DNA of 63,911 nucleotides, the filler included, from Choristocarpus tenellus KU-1152 (taxonomy: Eukaryota > Protista > Phaeophyceae), in assembly GCA_964200185.2 (NCBI GenBank). It is 13 parts of 13 records of this genome, joined end to end, with 100 filler letters (N's around TTAATTAATTAA, not from the genome) between each part and the next. Parts side by side here need not be neighbours in the genome. Positions count along the whole stretch, not along the records: positions 22,664 to 39,798 come from CAXNAD020000718.1; positions 39,899 to 44,646 come from CAXNAD020013222.1; positions 44,747 to 49,101 come from CAXNAD020014950.1; 10 more parts are not named here. One strand, given 5' to 3'. The stretch's first letter is position 1. Every line of letters begins with the position of its first letter. A program made the translations under genes and the position numbers. The notes below the pieces were generated by a model, which was not told the DNA's origin, made no database searches, and was given only the letters and a program-made list of their open reading frames with translations. Positions 37,801 to 48,982 of the stretch are shown here, piece by piece.

Positions 37801-39798
37801 TATACCGACCTGCTTGCCACAATGAAGTCCTCCCAACTATACTATGATTCAGGTTATCCATGCATTTTTTTGTTAGTTTAGCAACAGACAGAAGCATACA
37901 GGTGAACCGTTTCGGCGTGAATCAAATTTTAAAAGACAGAAAATCTGACCTTGATCAGGTTTGAACCTGTGCATTCCTTTCAGAGAGGCTGTTGTACTAC
38001 CACTGACCTACAATAACACTTCAGAGTGAAGGTCTACATTTACTACTGACTTCCTTGGTTAAAAGATATGATCTATCACCTCGAGAAACATGGTAGTATT
38101 CCCTCAGAGTTATAGGAAGGTACTGTATTATTATTGTACCTAGGGTACCACTAAAATGCTGTCAACATACTCTGCACTGGACAGATGAAGGGCTGAGTGC
38201 ATTAAAAAAAATGTAATTAGTGTATAGGGACAATCATGCAAGACAAGTCTGCTTGCCTTAATGCCAGAGGCTGCACCAACTCTCCACAGTCCAAGAGCAC
38301 GTGCCCACCACCCCTTGGGATGTGCCATGGCCCGCCCTCTCATAGACAAAATCTTTGACCACTGGGAGGAGTATCTTTTGGGTTGAGATAGGGTTAGAGC
38401 AACAATAAGTCCAACAGGCAATATATAAGGAGCGGGCACACAGGAGATCAGCCCTACAGATTAGGGGGTGCGGTGAGCAAGTAGTAATGGATGGAGAAAG
38501 ATAAATATACTTATATATATGTATATGTGTAGGGTTAGGGTGTGAAGTGTGGGGTAAGGATGAAAGAGGGGAAGTTGATGGTACCTTCATCAATTTTGTC
38601 TAAAGGAAACTTTGCCTATAGAGTACTCCAGGAAGATGCACGGAAGGATACCCTATTGGGTGGAACAGCAGTTCTGTACAAGATCAACAAGTTTCCACCA
38701 ATTTATGAACACCAAAAAAGTGTATTTTTTCATTGTTCTAGCATCTCCTAGTCTAACAATTGACATCAGCATGTTCACCTTTTATCCTTTGACGGATGTG
38801 AACACAACTTTCCCCTCTACTCTTTAGTTCTCTTCAGTAAAGAACTTTTACATTCCACACAAGTGACACACAATCGCTTCAAATTGCATAGTACAAACGC
38901 CATCCATTCACCATGAAAGAGACAGCAAAAAAAAGTAGAAAGAGATCATACATACAGAGATTGCACTTACCGTCTTGTGACATCAGTCATGCAGCCACCA
39001 CCATCAACCCCAACCACATAGGGCATCTGTCGTTTTCGAAAACGCCATGATTCCACCTTGAAACAGAATAACAACACCAATTGGCAACTATTAATAGATA
39101 CGATGTGCAAGGACACCATTAATAGACATGATGTTTAATGACACTATTCATAGATGTGATGCGCAAGAACAGTATTCATAAACATGATACGTAGGGACAC
39201 AATCAATAGACGCAAGGTGTAAGGACACCACTAATAGACAAGATGTACAAGAACAGTATTCATAGACTTGATGTGTAAGGACACTATTCATAGACATTAT
39301 GAGTTATGAGTGTGGTCATGAGATCCAAACATCCCCTTGTCTCTGCACATCCTTCAGTATGGACCTTTCATTGTGAGTTACTTCTCATAGCAGTGTTGGA
39401 ATGATAATTGGAATGATAATTAAACGTTTCTCATTAATTGTTCTCAATGCAGGACACCACAGGTTGGGTGGGGTACAGAGGGTGGAATGGTTGTGAGATA
39501 TTTTCTCTCTTTCTGGATGGCTTTCCAATGACATCATAGCTGTGTCTCACGACAGCATGCTCGCTAGCATCTCACTCTCTTTTGTCCACATCATGCCTAA
39601 AGAAGGCAGCAGCAAGCGGTCACCTTGTCTGCAGCATCCACCTCTCCTTGCACGGGATCAATGTGAATCCACCTCACACCAGGGGATGTTCTGGTGCCTC
39701 TGTCCCTCACAGAGATAAATGATTCACTTTCGCTGTGCTTTGCCATTACCCTGCTTGTGCTGGATGCGACTCCTATTCGCTGCCGCTTATAGGGGGGG
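34854..39798 (-). CDS. XPC: XPC/Rad4 DNA-damage recognition protein, 5' part lost at gap; exons ~39790-39624, 39056-38971, 38374-38257, ~37465-37349, 36707-36519, 36072-35941, 35782-35570, 35006-34854
   Basis: RWIHIDP, YVVGVDGGGCMTDVTRRY, PIPSTLSALQKHHLY, LYGEWQT, GKVPRNDHGNIE, ALVGFE, PVLDGIIVC, LKRWTKLVKGLL. Confidence 0.93.
39089..39300. repeat. 28-bp minisatellite, ~7.5 units, in an XPC intron
   Basis: Consensus approximately TATTCATAGACATGATGTGTAAGGACAC. Confidence 0.9.
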
Positions 39799-40049
39799 NN
39801 NNNNNNNNNNNNNNNNNNNNNNNNNNNNNNNNNNNNNNNNNNTTAATTAATTAANNNNNNNNNNNNNNNNNNNNNNNNNNNNNNNNNNNNNNNNNNNNCG
39901 TCTCTTCATTCTTAAATTGTTTCTTCTACAGAATCTTCTTTTACACATGAATAAAAAGCATATTCTTAACACAGCCATTCATACATTACTTGTATTATAC
40001 ATAGTGTCACAATGATTACACTTATTTGACTGTGTGATGTCCACATAGA

Positions 40050-40880
40050 TGATGCATGCTTGGGAGGGTTGGAGAATTAGTCATTACATAATAAGCAATC
40101 TCATGGGTCAACACTTCTGCGTCTGCTCGTCATCATGGCAGACGAGGGTTGGTAAAGCATGCCGGACAATGTCCTTGACTGTCCAAGTGGAGGCGACAAT
40201 GATAGAAGAAGATATATGGAATAAGGCGACACCGGGGACACCAAGAGAGTCAATGGTGAAGCTGATGTATTGTCTGTGAAAATTACCACCAACATCAAAG
40301 GCAGGACACGAGTTTGGAACTTTCATACGCTGGTGTCGGCAGGCTTTTAGTCTGAATGTCTTGTTGTGGAGAAATGGAACATCGAGGGAGGGTGGACCTC
40401 TTTCAACATTGATGAGAGCAATCAGCAGTTCTGCATAACCAAGCTGCCCAAGAAGACGGCCAAGATGTCACACATACCAGCGGGGTAATGGGGTGCCCTC
40501 ATTTAGAGATGGAGGCGGGGGAAGTGCCCACTAACGGGCACAGTTGGAGAACACCTCAGAGGATAACTGAAACCCCAACTGGAGGCATGCTGTGGTATGC
40601 AACCAGCGGATGTGGACGTGGTGGGAGAGCTTGGTGATCCCTTCAGGTGGTGGAAAACGAAGGAGGTTTTTTTTGTAGAGTTGAGTAAGTTGTGGCATGG
40701 AAATATTTTTTGCCTGCTCAGGCCACTTCAGCTGCATCTGAACCCTCAATCGTTCTCCTCTGTTAGCAAGATAGTCATTGTCAAGCACTACCATCTGTGT
40801 TGGGACGTAGTTGATGGCACTGTGATGCTGCGCTCCTGTGGGGATGACTTTGGTGCCCAAGTGTGGGAGTTGTAGGTAGT
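40050..40880 (+). pseudogene. hAT transposase remnant (C-terminal dimerisation domain)
   Basis: DPFRWWKTKEVFFVELSKL followed by a frameshifted PATSASSE-like segment and FSSVSKIV. Confidence 0.7.
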
Positions 40881-41911
40881 AGGAAGTCCTTGTGACAGTG
40901 CAGAGTATTTGCCACGTCTTCTGGCGGGAGGTCCTCTATCCGCTTGGGGTTTAGGGTAGAGTGGTAAATGATGTGTTATTTTCTCCTTGTTTTTAAACTT
41001 ATGTTCACCTTACTTATGTCACCCCAGACACTCCACTTACTGTAGGCCCCCGTTGAGTAACAGAACTTGAGCACATATTTGTACAAACTAAGAAAAAATA
41101 GTACTACTAATACGTGTTTTTCATCACATATACCCACCTCTTGCACGAGCATGACAAGTAAAGGAAGATTTTTTCCTTGTATTGCATGAAGGGCATGCAT
41201 CTCTTGTGAGGTATTGAGATGAGAGGGGGTGAACTTAGTAATATTTTATTCACAGCTTCAAACCAATATCAAACATAAAAAATAAATGATACGATATTGA
41301 AATATCGGGATGTCAAACGTCAATTTTTCTTCTGCCTTTTTGATATGATACATATCAAAAGTATGTATGTTTGGATTTCTTACCTGTTTCGGACGAGCCA
41401 TTTTGCAAGGTGAAGAGGTTCAACAAATACATACACAGAAGAAAGGTGTTGTGGGATGGACTTACTTGTGCCTGTGTGTGTGTGTCCTCTGTTGTTTGAC
41501 CGCATTTTTTTTCGCCTTTGCCGTTATTGGCATGATCACATTTGTTTGTGTACAATGAGTGAGTGGTAGTATGGTGAACCGCCTTCCTCCTGAAGCAGCG
41601 CAGCACACATGATATACGTCTAACTCTACAACTGTCAGTATGTCACGCTGTGCTAATTCATGAGGACAGGGTTGTCCCTCCAGCCATACATGGTTCACAT
41701 GCCACAGCACCCCCTGTCCCCTATACTCCTCCGATCTTATTGTTTCTAACAGGTCCTTGAATAACTGAGATACCTTCTCGGACATTCCAACTTTGGCAAG
41801 CACATTCTACACAAGATCGTGGTAGATAGAATCATGCGCTTTCTGTGTCTAAAAAAACGTATCACTTATGTACATACATAGATACACAAGTTACAACAAC
41901 AACAAACATAA

Positions 41912-42169
41912 GAGTGAAAGTATCTTAGAGGGTACGAGTTTTGCCCTGTTTGTCTATTTGGGACTTGGCTTCCCACAGGTGTTTTATGACTTTTTCCTAC
42001 TCCGATATGTTTAGGAGTAGTTAAAATTTGCACGTTATGAAGAGGTGTGTCCGGAACAAGGATATTGACACTTCCCCAAAAACATGATAGTCAAAATTAC
42101 ATCAAAATCGGAATATTGGAATTTGACCTCGAAATGGACGCGGTTCTACCCTCTAAGATACTTTGGCTC
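41912..42169 (-). mobile_element. MITE family A, ATAA TSD
   Basis: ATAA at 41908-41911 and 42170-42173. Confidence 0.92.
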
Positions 42170-42961
42170 ATAATGCATCGAACTAATCAAGCAATCAACC
42201 ATTTTTTTTCAGGCGCAATGCTGACATTTTGTAGACAATGTTGTCATAGAGGTGACAAGAAGCAAAATAAAAGCAAGCCAGAGAGTACAAGCACAAAAAC
42301 ACACAACACCGAGACCAAGAACTCACATCTTCTAATCGCTATCACACCCACTTCTAGTTTTTCAGTTTGGCTATGTGATTTTGAGTGTTAAGTTCCCACT
42401 ATTAGCAACATTCAGAACAATAGAGCCTAACCAGTTGAGATGTAGCCAGGGTTGCATACGGAGGATCAGAATAAAGTGCAAAAAGAAAAGTATTTTTTAC
42501 CGTTGCAGAAAGAGCTCTTCTTTGATCGTGGTGTCACTTTATGTGTGGAAAGGGCTAGTTAAAATTTTGCGTACACCATTGTGCACATCAAGCAGCAATG
42601 ATATAGGGTGTGTTCCACAGGATATGAAAGATTACTTAGAATGCAAAACAGTCCGAACCTGCCCACCTCTCGAATGTTTTGGCTCAATAGTGGCAATATA
42701 CACAAAATATTAGGTGTTATCCTCCCACTGAATGAATCAGAACGGGAGTTGGTCAACAACGAATTTCCTCGTGAATGGTAGGGCCTGTAGGACATTTTCA
42801 ATGCCAGCAATCCATCAATCCAACCCTAGCGCTCGTCGAAATAGAGAGTCCAATCTATAGGCGAACACGACTTGATATGACGTATTGATTCTTACGTCTA
42901 CAATACAACATCATCCCTCCACTACTTGCGCAACCTTTTCTTAGCGATGGCGTACATCACC

Positions 42962-43219
42962 ATACACAGTTGTAAAGGTAACAAATACAGGGTACTGAAT
43001 TTGAAAATGCTGGTGTTACCAGCATTGACAGGTGGTGTTTACACGGTTGAAAACGCAAATAAATACAGGGCATCGAATCTGGAAATGTTGGTATTGCCAT
43101 GACAGCTGGTGTGTACACGGTCGGAAACGCAAATAAATACAGGGCATCGGATCTGAAAATGTTGGTGACACTACCATAGGCAGCTGGTGTGTACAAGATT
43201 GTAAAGGTAACAAATACAA
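42962..43219. repeat. Tandem repeat, ~75-80-bp unit, ~3.3 copies
   Basis: AAATACAGGG...GAAAATGYTGGT...CAGSTGGTGTKTACA recurring. Confidence 0.9.
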
Positions 43220-45627
43220 CCATCTGGGTACACTATCATGTCAGCCACATGCTAATACATGCTACGTGAACGGACAATAGCCGCAACACCCGCCAAAGGC
43301 ACTAAATCATGACGGTGTGTTCGTGATATTGGTCATTCAGAGACGCTCCAGTGTAGGCTGCACGAAGGGTGAACGTTTCTTGTATGGGGACTCACCTTCT
43401 GATTCCCTTTGGAGGCATTGCGGCTTTCGGTGGTTGGACTAAGCCTCTCAGTTGATCGCTGGATGTCTGCATCGGGTGGGCATGTTGGAAATGAGACAGG
43501 AGAAACAAACAGAAGGAGAGAGTGAAATGTTTTGCGCATCGAGTCAGGCCCAGAGAGGATGGCATGTCGCGGTCGGTTCACATCATCCTCCAGCCTTATG
43601 CACCTGATCACCTTGCACGAGTTGGAAGTCTTGTCGTTTTTTTACCTTCTGACATGCCCGGTATTCAGCGTCACGTACAGCGCACAGAAATAGCCACAGA
43701 TGAGCCCAATTCTCATGGAAGGGATGCACACCTATCCTCTCTTGGCCAAGAAGGCATGGTCCTTTTAAGAGGATATTTAATAAAGGGAATTTTTCTCTCT
43801 TCAAATATGGCTTGAAATTTCTATGCATGTCTACAATGGCGTTGAACTAGAGCAAATACAGACATAAAAGTGTATATATATATAACTCTCCATGCGCTAT
43901 TTCTTCATTATTAGTGCGAGAGGGTTAAAACTTTGAGTTTGCATCTTTTTTTCCATATGTTTGCTGTTTTGTAGAATTATATTATAGTGCCAAACCACAT
44001 ATGCGACAAACCCCACACTCCCTCACTCTGTCCACAACAAACTAACAGGCCTGGACAATATAGAGGGATTGTTGTCGCAGTTCTTCGAGAGGACCAAACC
44101 CATCACACCGCAGATGTACAATGATGACCCGCCAGCCACTAGGGGATCTCGCTAACAACGGGAATGAACTCGTGGACTCTGGAGGAGGGGTAGACCCCAG
44201 GACATCCCAAACGCAAGACCAGACCTCCGTCGCAGCAAGACATACTCCAATGTAGCCTATGCGTTCTGTAATTACCTGAAGGAGGGATTAGCGCTTGAAG
44301 ACTAGGCATAGCGAAGCATATGGTCACCATATCCTTCCGAAATCACACATTTGCATCGAAATCAGAGAGACGTCGTGTTCACTAGTTCCAACGTAGTTCC
44401 GAACCGGTGACGCACACGTCTTCCCATCAAGAGCAGAACGAAACCTATCAACGAAGTTCGTGTTCTCCGATATCTGCGTTCCGATATGCATCGGAACCAA
44501 ACGATGTTCCTTCCAGTTTCTGTTTCCGATCCCAACCCTAACGCTGTGCCCTAACCCTGACACCGTCTCTCACTGGCTCAAAGTATCTGGGAGGGGGTGG
44601 CGGCTGTCCATTTGGGATCAATTTTTTCATGTCGCGATTTTTGGGTNNNNNNNNNNNNNNNNNNNNNNNNNNNNNNNNNNNNNNNNNNNNTTAATTAATT
44701 AANNNNNNNNNNNNNNNNNNNNNNNNNNNNNNNNNNNNNNNNNNNNCCGAATACATTGGCCCCCTCCCTGTAGGAAGGATCCCCAGGAGTTCCTGCACCT
44801 GTGGAAGGGGAGGTGTGTTTGGCACATCCTCTTCTCCCAGGCTCAAACAAAACATCTTCTCCAATCAAGTTATGTCCATCCACCAAAGAAACTCAAAGGT
44901 ATACCTGAATCAGTCTAGGGGTTTACACAAAGATCGCAAGGCATTCTGCATTCTCCTACCTAACCCTAACCCTAACCAGCTCGGGAGGGGGAAGTGAACA
45001 CTAGTGTATACATACATAATACACATATATCTGTATCTATGTAAGCATCAAAGAGCTAGAAGAGAAAGGGGGGGGCAGGGGGGAGAAGAAGTCAACCCAG
45101 GAAAAAGCTATCCTAAGTGCAAGACCAATTTGTCCTCCGAAACAACAAAATAGGAAGTGAAGTTCAAGCCCTGTGTTCCAATCCATGGCCAATTGAGCGT
45201 TCCCCCCCTCCCCCTCCACACCCCTGGAGAAAAAAGGGATAAATTCTTGTTCAATTAACCACCACTCTACATCCAGCAATCCAGCCCTCATGTGGCAGGC
45301 AAATTGGCGAGCAACCAGTAAGGCATGACAACAACGTATTATATACCCGAGATACTTCACTCTTGCTTTATATCCACATCACCTCAAAAGTGCCTAGAAG
45401 TAGTCATTTCTCACCACACCACAAGACAGAGACCTTGGACAAACCCACCAGATAGATAGATACACATCAATAACAAACTGCACACACACACACACATTTT
45501 TTTTTTTCTATTAATTATCCCAACTCTTCACTGCTCCCATCATTCACAAACAATATATATATTTTCGTAAAATATTTATTAGTAACTCTAATTCACATCA
45601 CATGAAAGAAAACAAAGAACCACATAC

Positions 45628-46406
45628 CTTCGACACAGGGTACTCCTTAGTTCCTCTGAAGGCATAGCTCTTAGGGCACTCCGTGAATCCCAGCTCGTGC
45701 ACCATGACATTGGTGCCAAAGGTCACCAGTCCGACCAATGCCTCTTCCGGAAGAAGATTAAGAGTCTTTTTTTTTTTTTAATATAAATTTTACACACATC
45801 AGCACACAACACACACACAAACAAACACAAAGCATATATAGATATATATTATAAAATTAAAAAAAAGTAGGAAGAAACAGAAGAGGAGGAAGCGCCGGAA
45901 GTCGAGGAGAAAAAAGAATAAAAATATAATGCATCAGAAAAAAAACAAAACGATTACACAAAGTACACCCCCTCCTCATTCCAAAATAAATAAATAAATA
46001 CATATATAATATATACATATATTATTTTTTTTCTCCAAAATATGAAAAAAGAGATCACCTCGCTTTCTGTTTGAAATTTTTTTTCATAAAAAACAAAAAA
46101 CGAACACATACTACGTGTCCCTAACCTGTTGAAGGGAATCAGCGAGCCACTCCAGCTCGTCGTCTCCGACACAGGTGTCCACCACAAAAACAAAGGCGGG
46201 TGGCCCTGTGGGTGGCGTAGTGAGCTCATACTCCACTGTTGTAAACTGAGGAATCAACTCATAAGGAAGATTGGTTTCACTGAAAACAAAACAAAACAAA
46301 ACACACAAAAACCAGGATTAAATATTAATTAAATAGGTCACAGGAATACAGAATATATAAAGAAGTAATTTTTTTTTTTAATTATATTATTTTTTTTAAT
46401 TCGACG

Positions 46407-46466
<60 letters not shown>

Positions 46467-46522
46467 TTATTTATAAAAGGGGGTGGGGGGGGGGNNNNNN
46501 NNNNAAAGAAAAAAAGGAAGAG

Positions 46523-46555
<33 letters not shown>

Positions 46556-48982
46556 AGAAGAGGAGAGGGAAAAAAGGCGGGTGTTACTATTATCAACAGG
46601 TTGCAGGGGGTTTAGTAGTGACAAGTGGCGGATGCAATAGGTTTAGTGTTTGTGGAAAAAAAAGTATGTTCATTGGTGGGGTTGCTTGTGAACAGAGCAG
46701 GCGCGAAGAGGTTATCCAGTTGTAGGGTATAGAGCTAGCATCAACGAGCAGTAACCTTGAGGCACACGTTAGGGTTAGGGTTAGGTCTATCATTAGGTCT
46801 TGTATACACACACATCGAACAATATTATTATTATTATTACCTCTTGTTCGAATGTTAACTGATAAAAAAAAGAAGCAATGACCTGGAGGGGAGGGGAGGG
46901 ATCTCTGATTCGTTAGGTGTAGGCGATTGATTGGTTGATTGGTTGTTGCCTCTACTACTTGATTACAAACCACAGTTGATGTATGTATGTATGTATGATG
47001 TATGTATGTATGTATGTATGTATGTATATATGTATGTACAATGCTAACTCACTTCACTCTCTCCTGCAAAACAAACAAAAAAATCTCTACAAAAATATTC
47101 CGAAATTGCGGACGCAGGAGAAAAACTATTCCAAAGTTCAACAAAGCGGCGTAAGAAATAAAAAAGAATAACAGACACAGCGGCAAGTACAGAGGTCATC
47201 TCATCAACGTCAAGCTCACACATGTACACCCCCACACAGAGGGAGGAGAGATCAAGGCTCTCTTACCCCTACTTCCAAAATGGCTTCTCATTCTTTTTTT
47301 TTCTTTTTTTTGTAACACCTTAAAAAAAAAAATGTTTATCAGGAATCCAAAAACAAAAGAAAAATTGTAAAAAGTGTTTTTTCGACTCAAATATCTCTCT
47401 GTGTGTACAACTAATGTGTGTGTGTATGACAGTTACATTTGACTCCTGTTGGATAATATATATGTGTGTGTGTGTGTGTGTGTACAACTAATTTGTGTGT
47501 GCGGCAGCTGTCCATTTGGGAACCAATTTTCCATGTCACAATTTTTTGGGTGATTTGGATTTCATGCGTCGGATGGAGATAACGTAAGCGCACTTTTCCT
47601 GGACAGGGTCCAAATGGACACCCTGGTGTAGACACCCTCCCCCTCCCCCCAGATACTTTGAGCCTATGCTACTAACAAAGAGGTCCCCTGCCTCAGCGGG
47701 ATAAAGAATCAGACCATTAAAAAAATAAATTATGCAGCAATAATTGATCACATACCCCAAAAACCGGAAAGAGGCTTAAAAACAAAAAACAAAACAGCCT
47801 TCTCATCAGTTGGTTCGATTTTTTTTAATTTTAAATCAGCAGGTTTGTATTCAAATTCAGATCTCCCCAAACCCCAACTCCAACAAATGACTTTTGAAAA
47901 ATAAAATCAAAAAACCCGTCCAACGATATATAATGTATCTATCTGCTGATGAAAACTGAAACGATTTTCAGGACAATCCATTCCAAACACTTCAGATTCA
48001 TTTAGATTCTCTTCTTACAAATCGATAAATTAATTATAAATTAATTGGGGAATCTCTTGACAGCTCTGGGACGATCCCCATTACAAGACTCTACTCCACA
48101 ATAAAGGAACAATTTACTACAAACACAATAAAACAAAATAAAAAGAGTATTTATCCGAAGTAACAACTTCGGAAGACATCCCTTCCCATCACTCTTCTTC
48201 CCCTCCCGTCCAACCTTAACCCTAACCCTAAGCACCCAGATGAAATATTTTTTTGGAGCGCTCAATTCCACCCCTGTGGAGTTCAATAAACCTGTTGTCT
48301 TGCAGCTATGCTTCACTTCCAGAATCAAAATATCAAAATATCCCTGTCAATGCCACCTCCTCAAATACCTTAATTCTTGCCTGAAATATAAAGTCCAACC
48401 TCAAAAATATCCCAAACACAACCCATTCTCATTTATATATATATTTTTTACTCAATTCCCTGAATTAGCTCACAACCCCCCCCCAAAAAAACAATTATTC
48501 AAAAACAAAAGCCCCCCCCCCATTCTATTCTTACACCAACACTATCCCACAACTGCCAGACTAAATCTCCCTCCCAATACAACCTATGATGAGGGTTATA
48601 GAGTAGTATTCCTGGAGCAGTATCTCTCTCGAATCTGACAAGAAGGTAAGATCTGCCTATCCAGAGCCCCTCCCCCCCCCCCCCCCCCCAAAAAAAAAAA
48701 ACCAACCAAACCCCCAACACCAAACCTCCCCCCAAACAACCAACCAAAAAAAAACATTCTACAACCCAAACAAGATAAACATTATTTTTTTAAAGAAAAA
48801 AAAAAAAAAAAAAAAAATCACCTGATGTTCTCGGCGTAGTGGGGAGGAAAGTGATTCCGTTGCATACAGAAGGGACAAGTCCACAGCTTACTCATGTAGT
48901 CCACCTGAGAGTACGGATTGAGGACTGCTCCACACCCATTACAGCGGATGGGATCGTACGACAGCGGCACATTCACACGGGA
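45628..48982 (-). CDS. SEC23: COPII coat protein Sec23, three internal exons (~48982-48822, 46279-46126, 45765-45628); partial
   Basis: [16 protein letters not shown]...[34 protein letters not shown]...[22 protein letters not shown]...[18 protein letters not shown]. Confidence 0.95.

Larger units (their letters stand above)
41555..44570 (-). pseudogene. Fragmented spliced coding remnants, unknown (possibly transposase-derived)
   Basis: Protein-like blocks at 41560-41850, 42710-42880, 43330-43850 and 44050-44520, separated by intron-like DNA; stops and frameshifts. Confidence 0.25.

Noticed and set aside
39089-39300. CRISPR-like array (also 42962-43219)
   Set aside because: Contiguous degenerate units with no unique spacers and no cas genes; eukaryotic intron context.
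45340-45365. GAGTGAAGTATCTCGGG (minus strand) as a MITE TIR or RT KYLG motif
   Set aside because: No MITE interior or partner TIR, and no other RT motif nearby.
46768-46785. True telomere
   Set aside because: Only ~3 TTAGGG units, located inside an intron.
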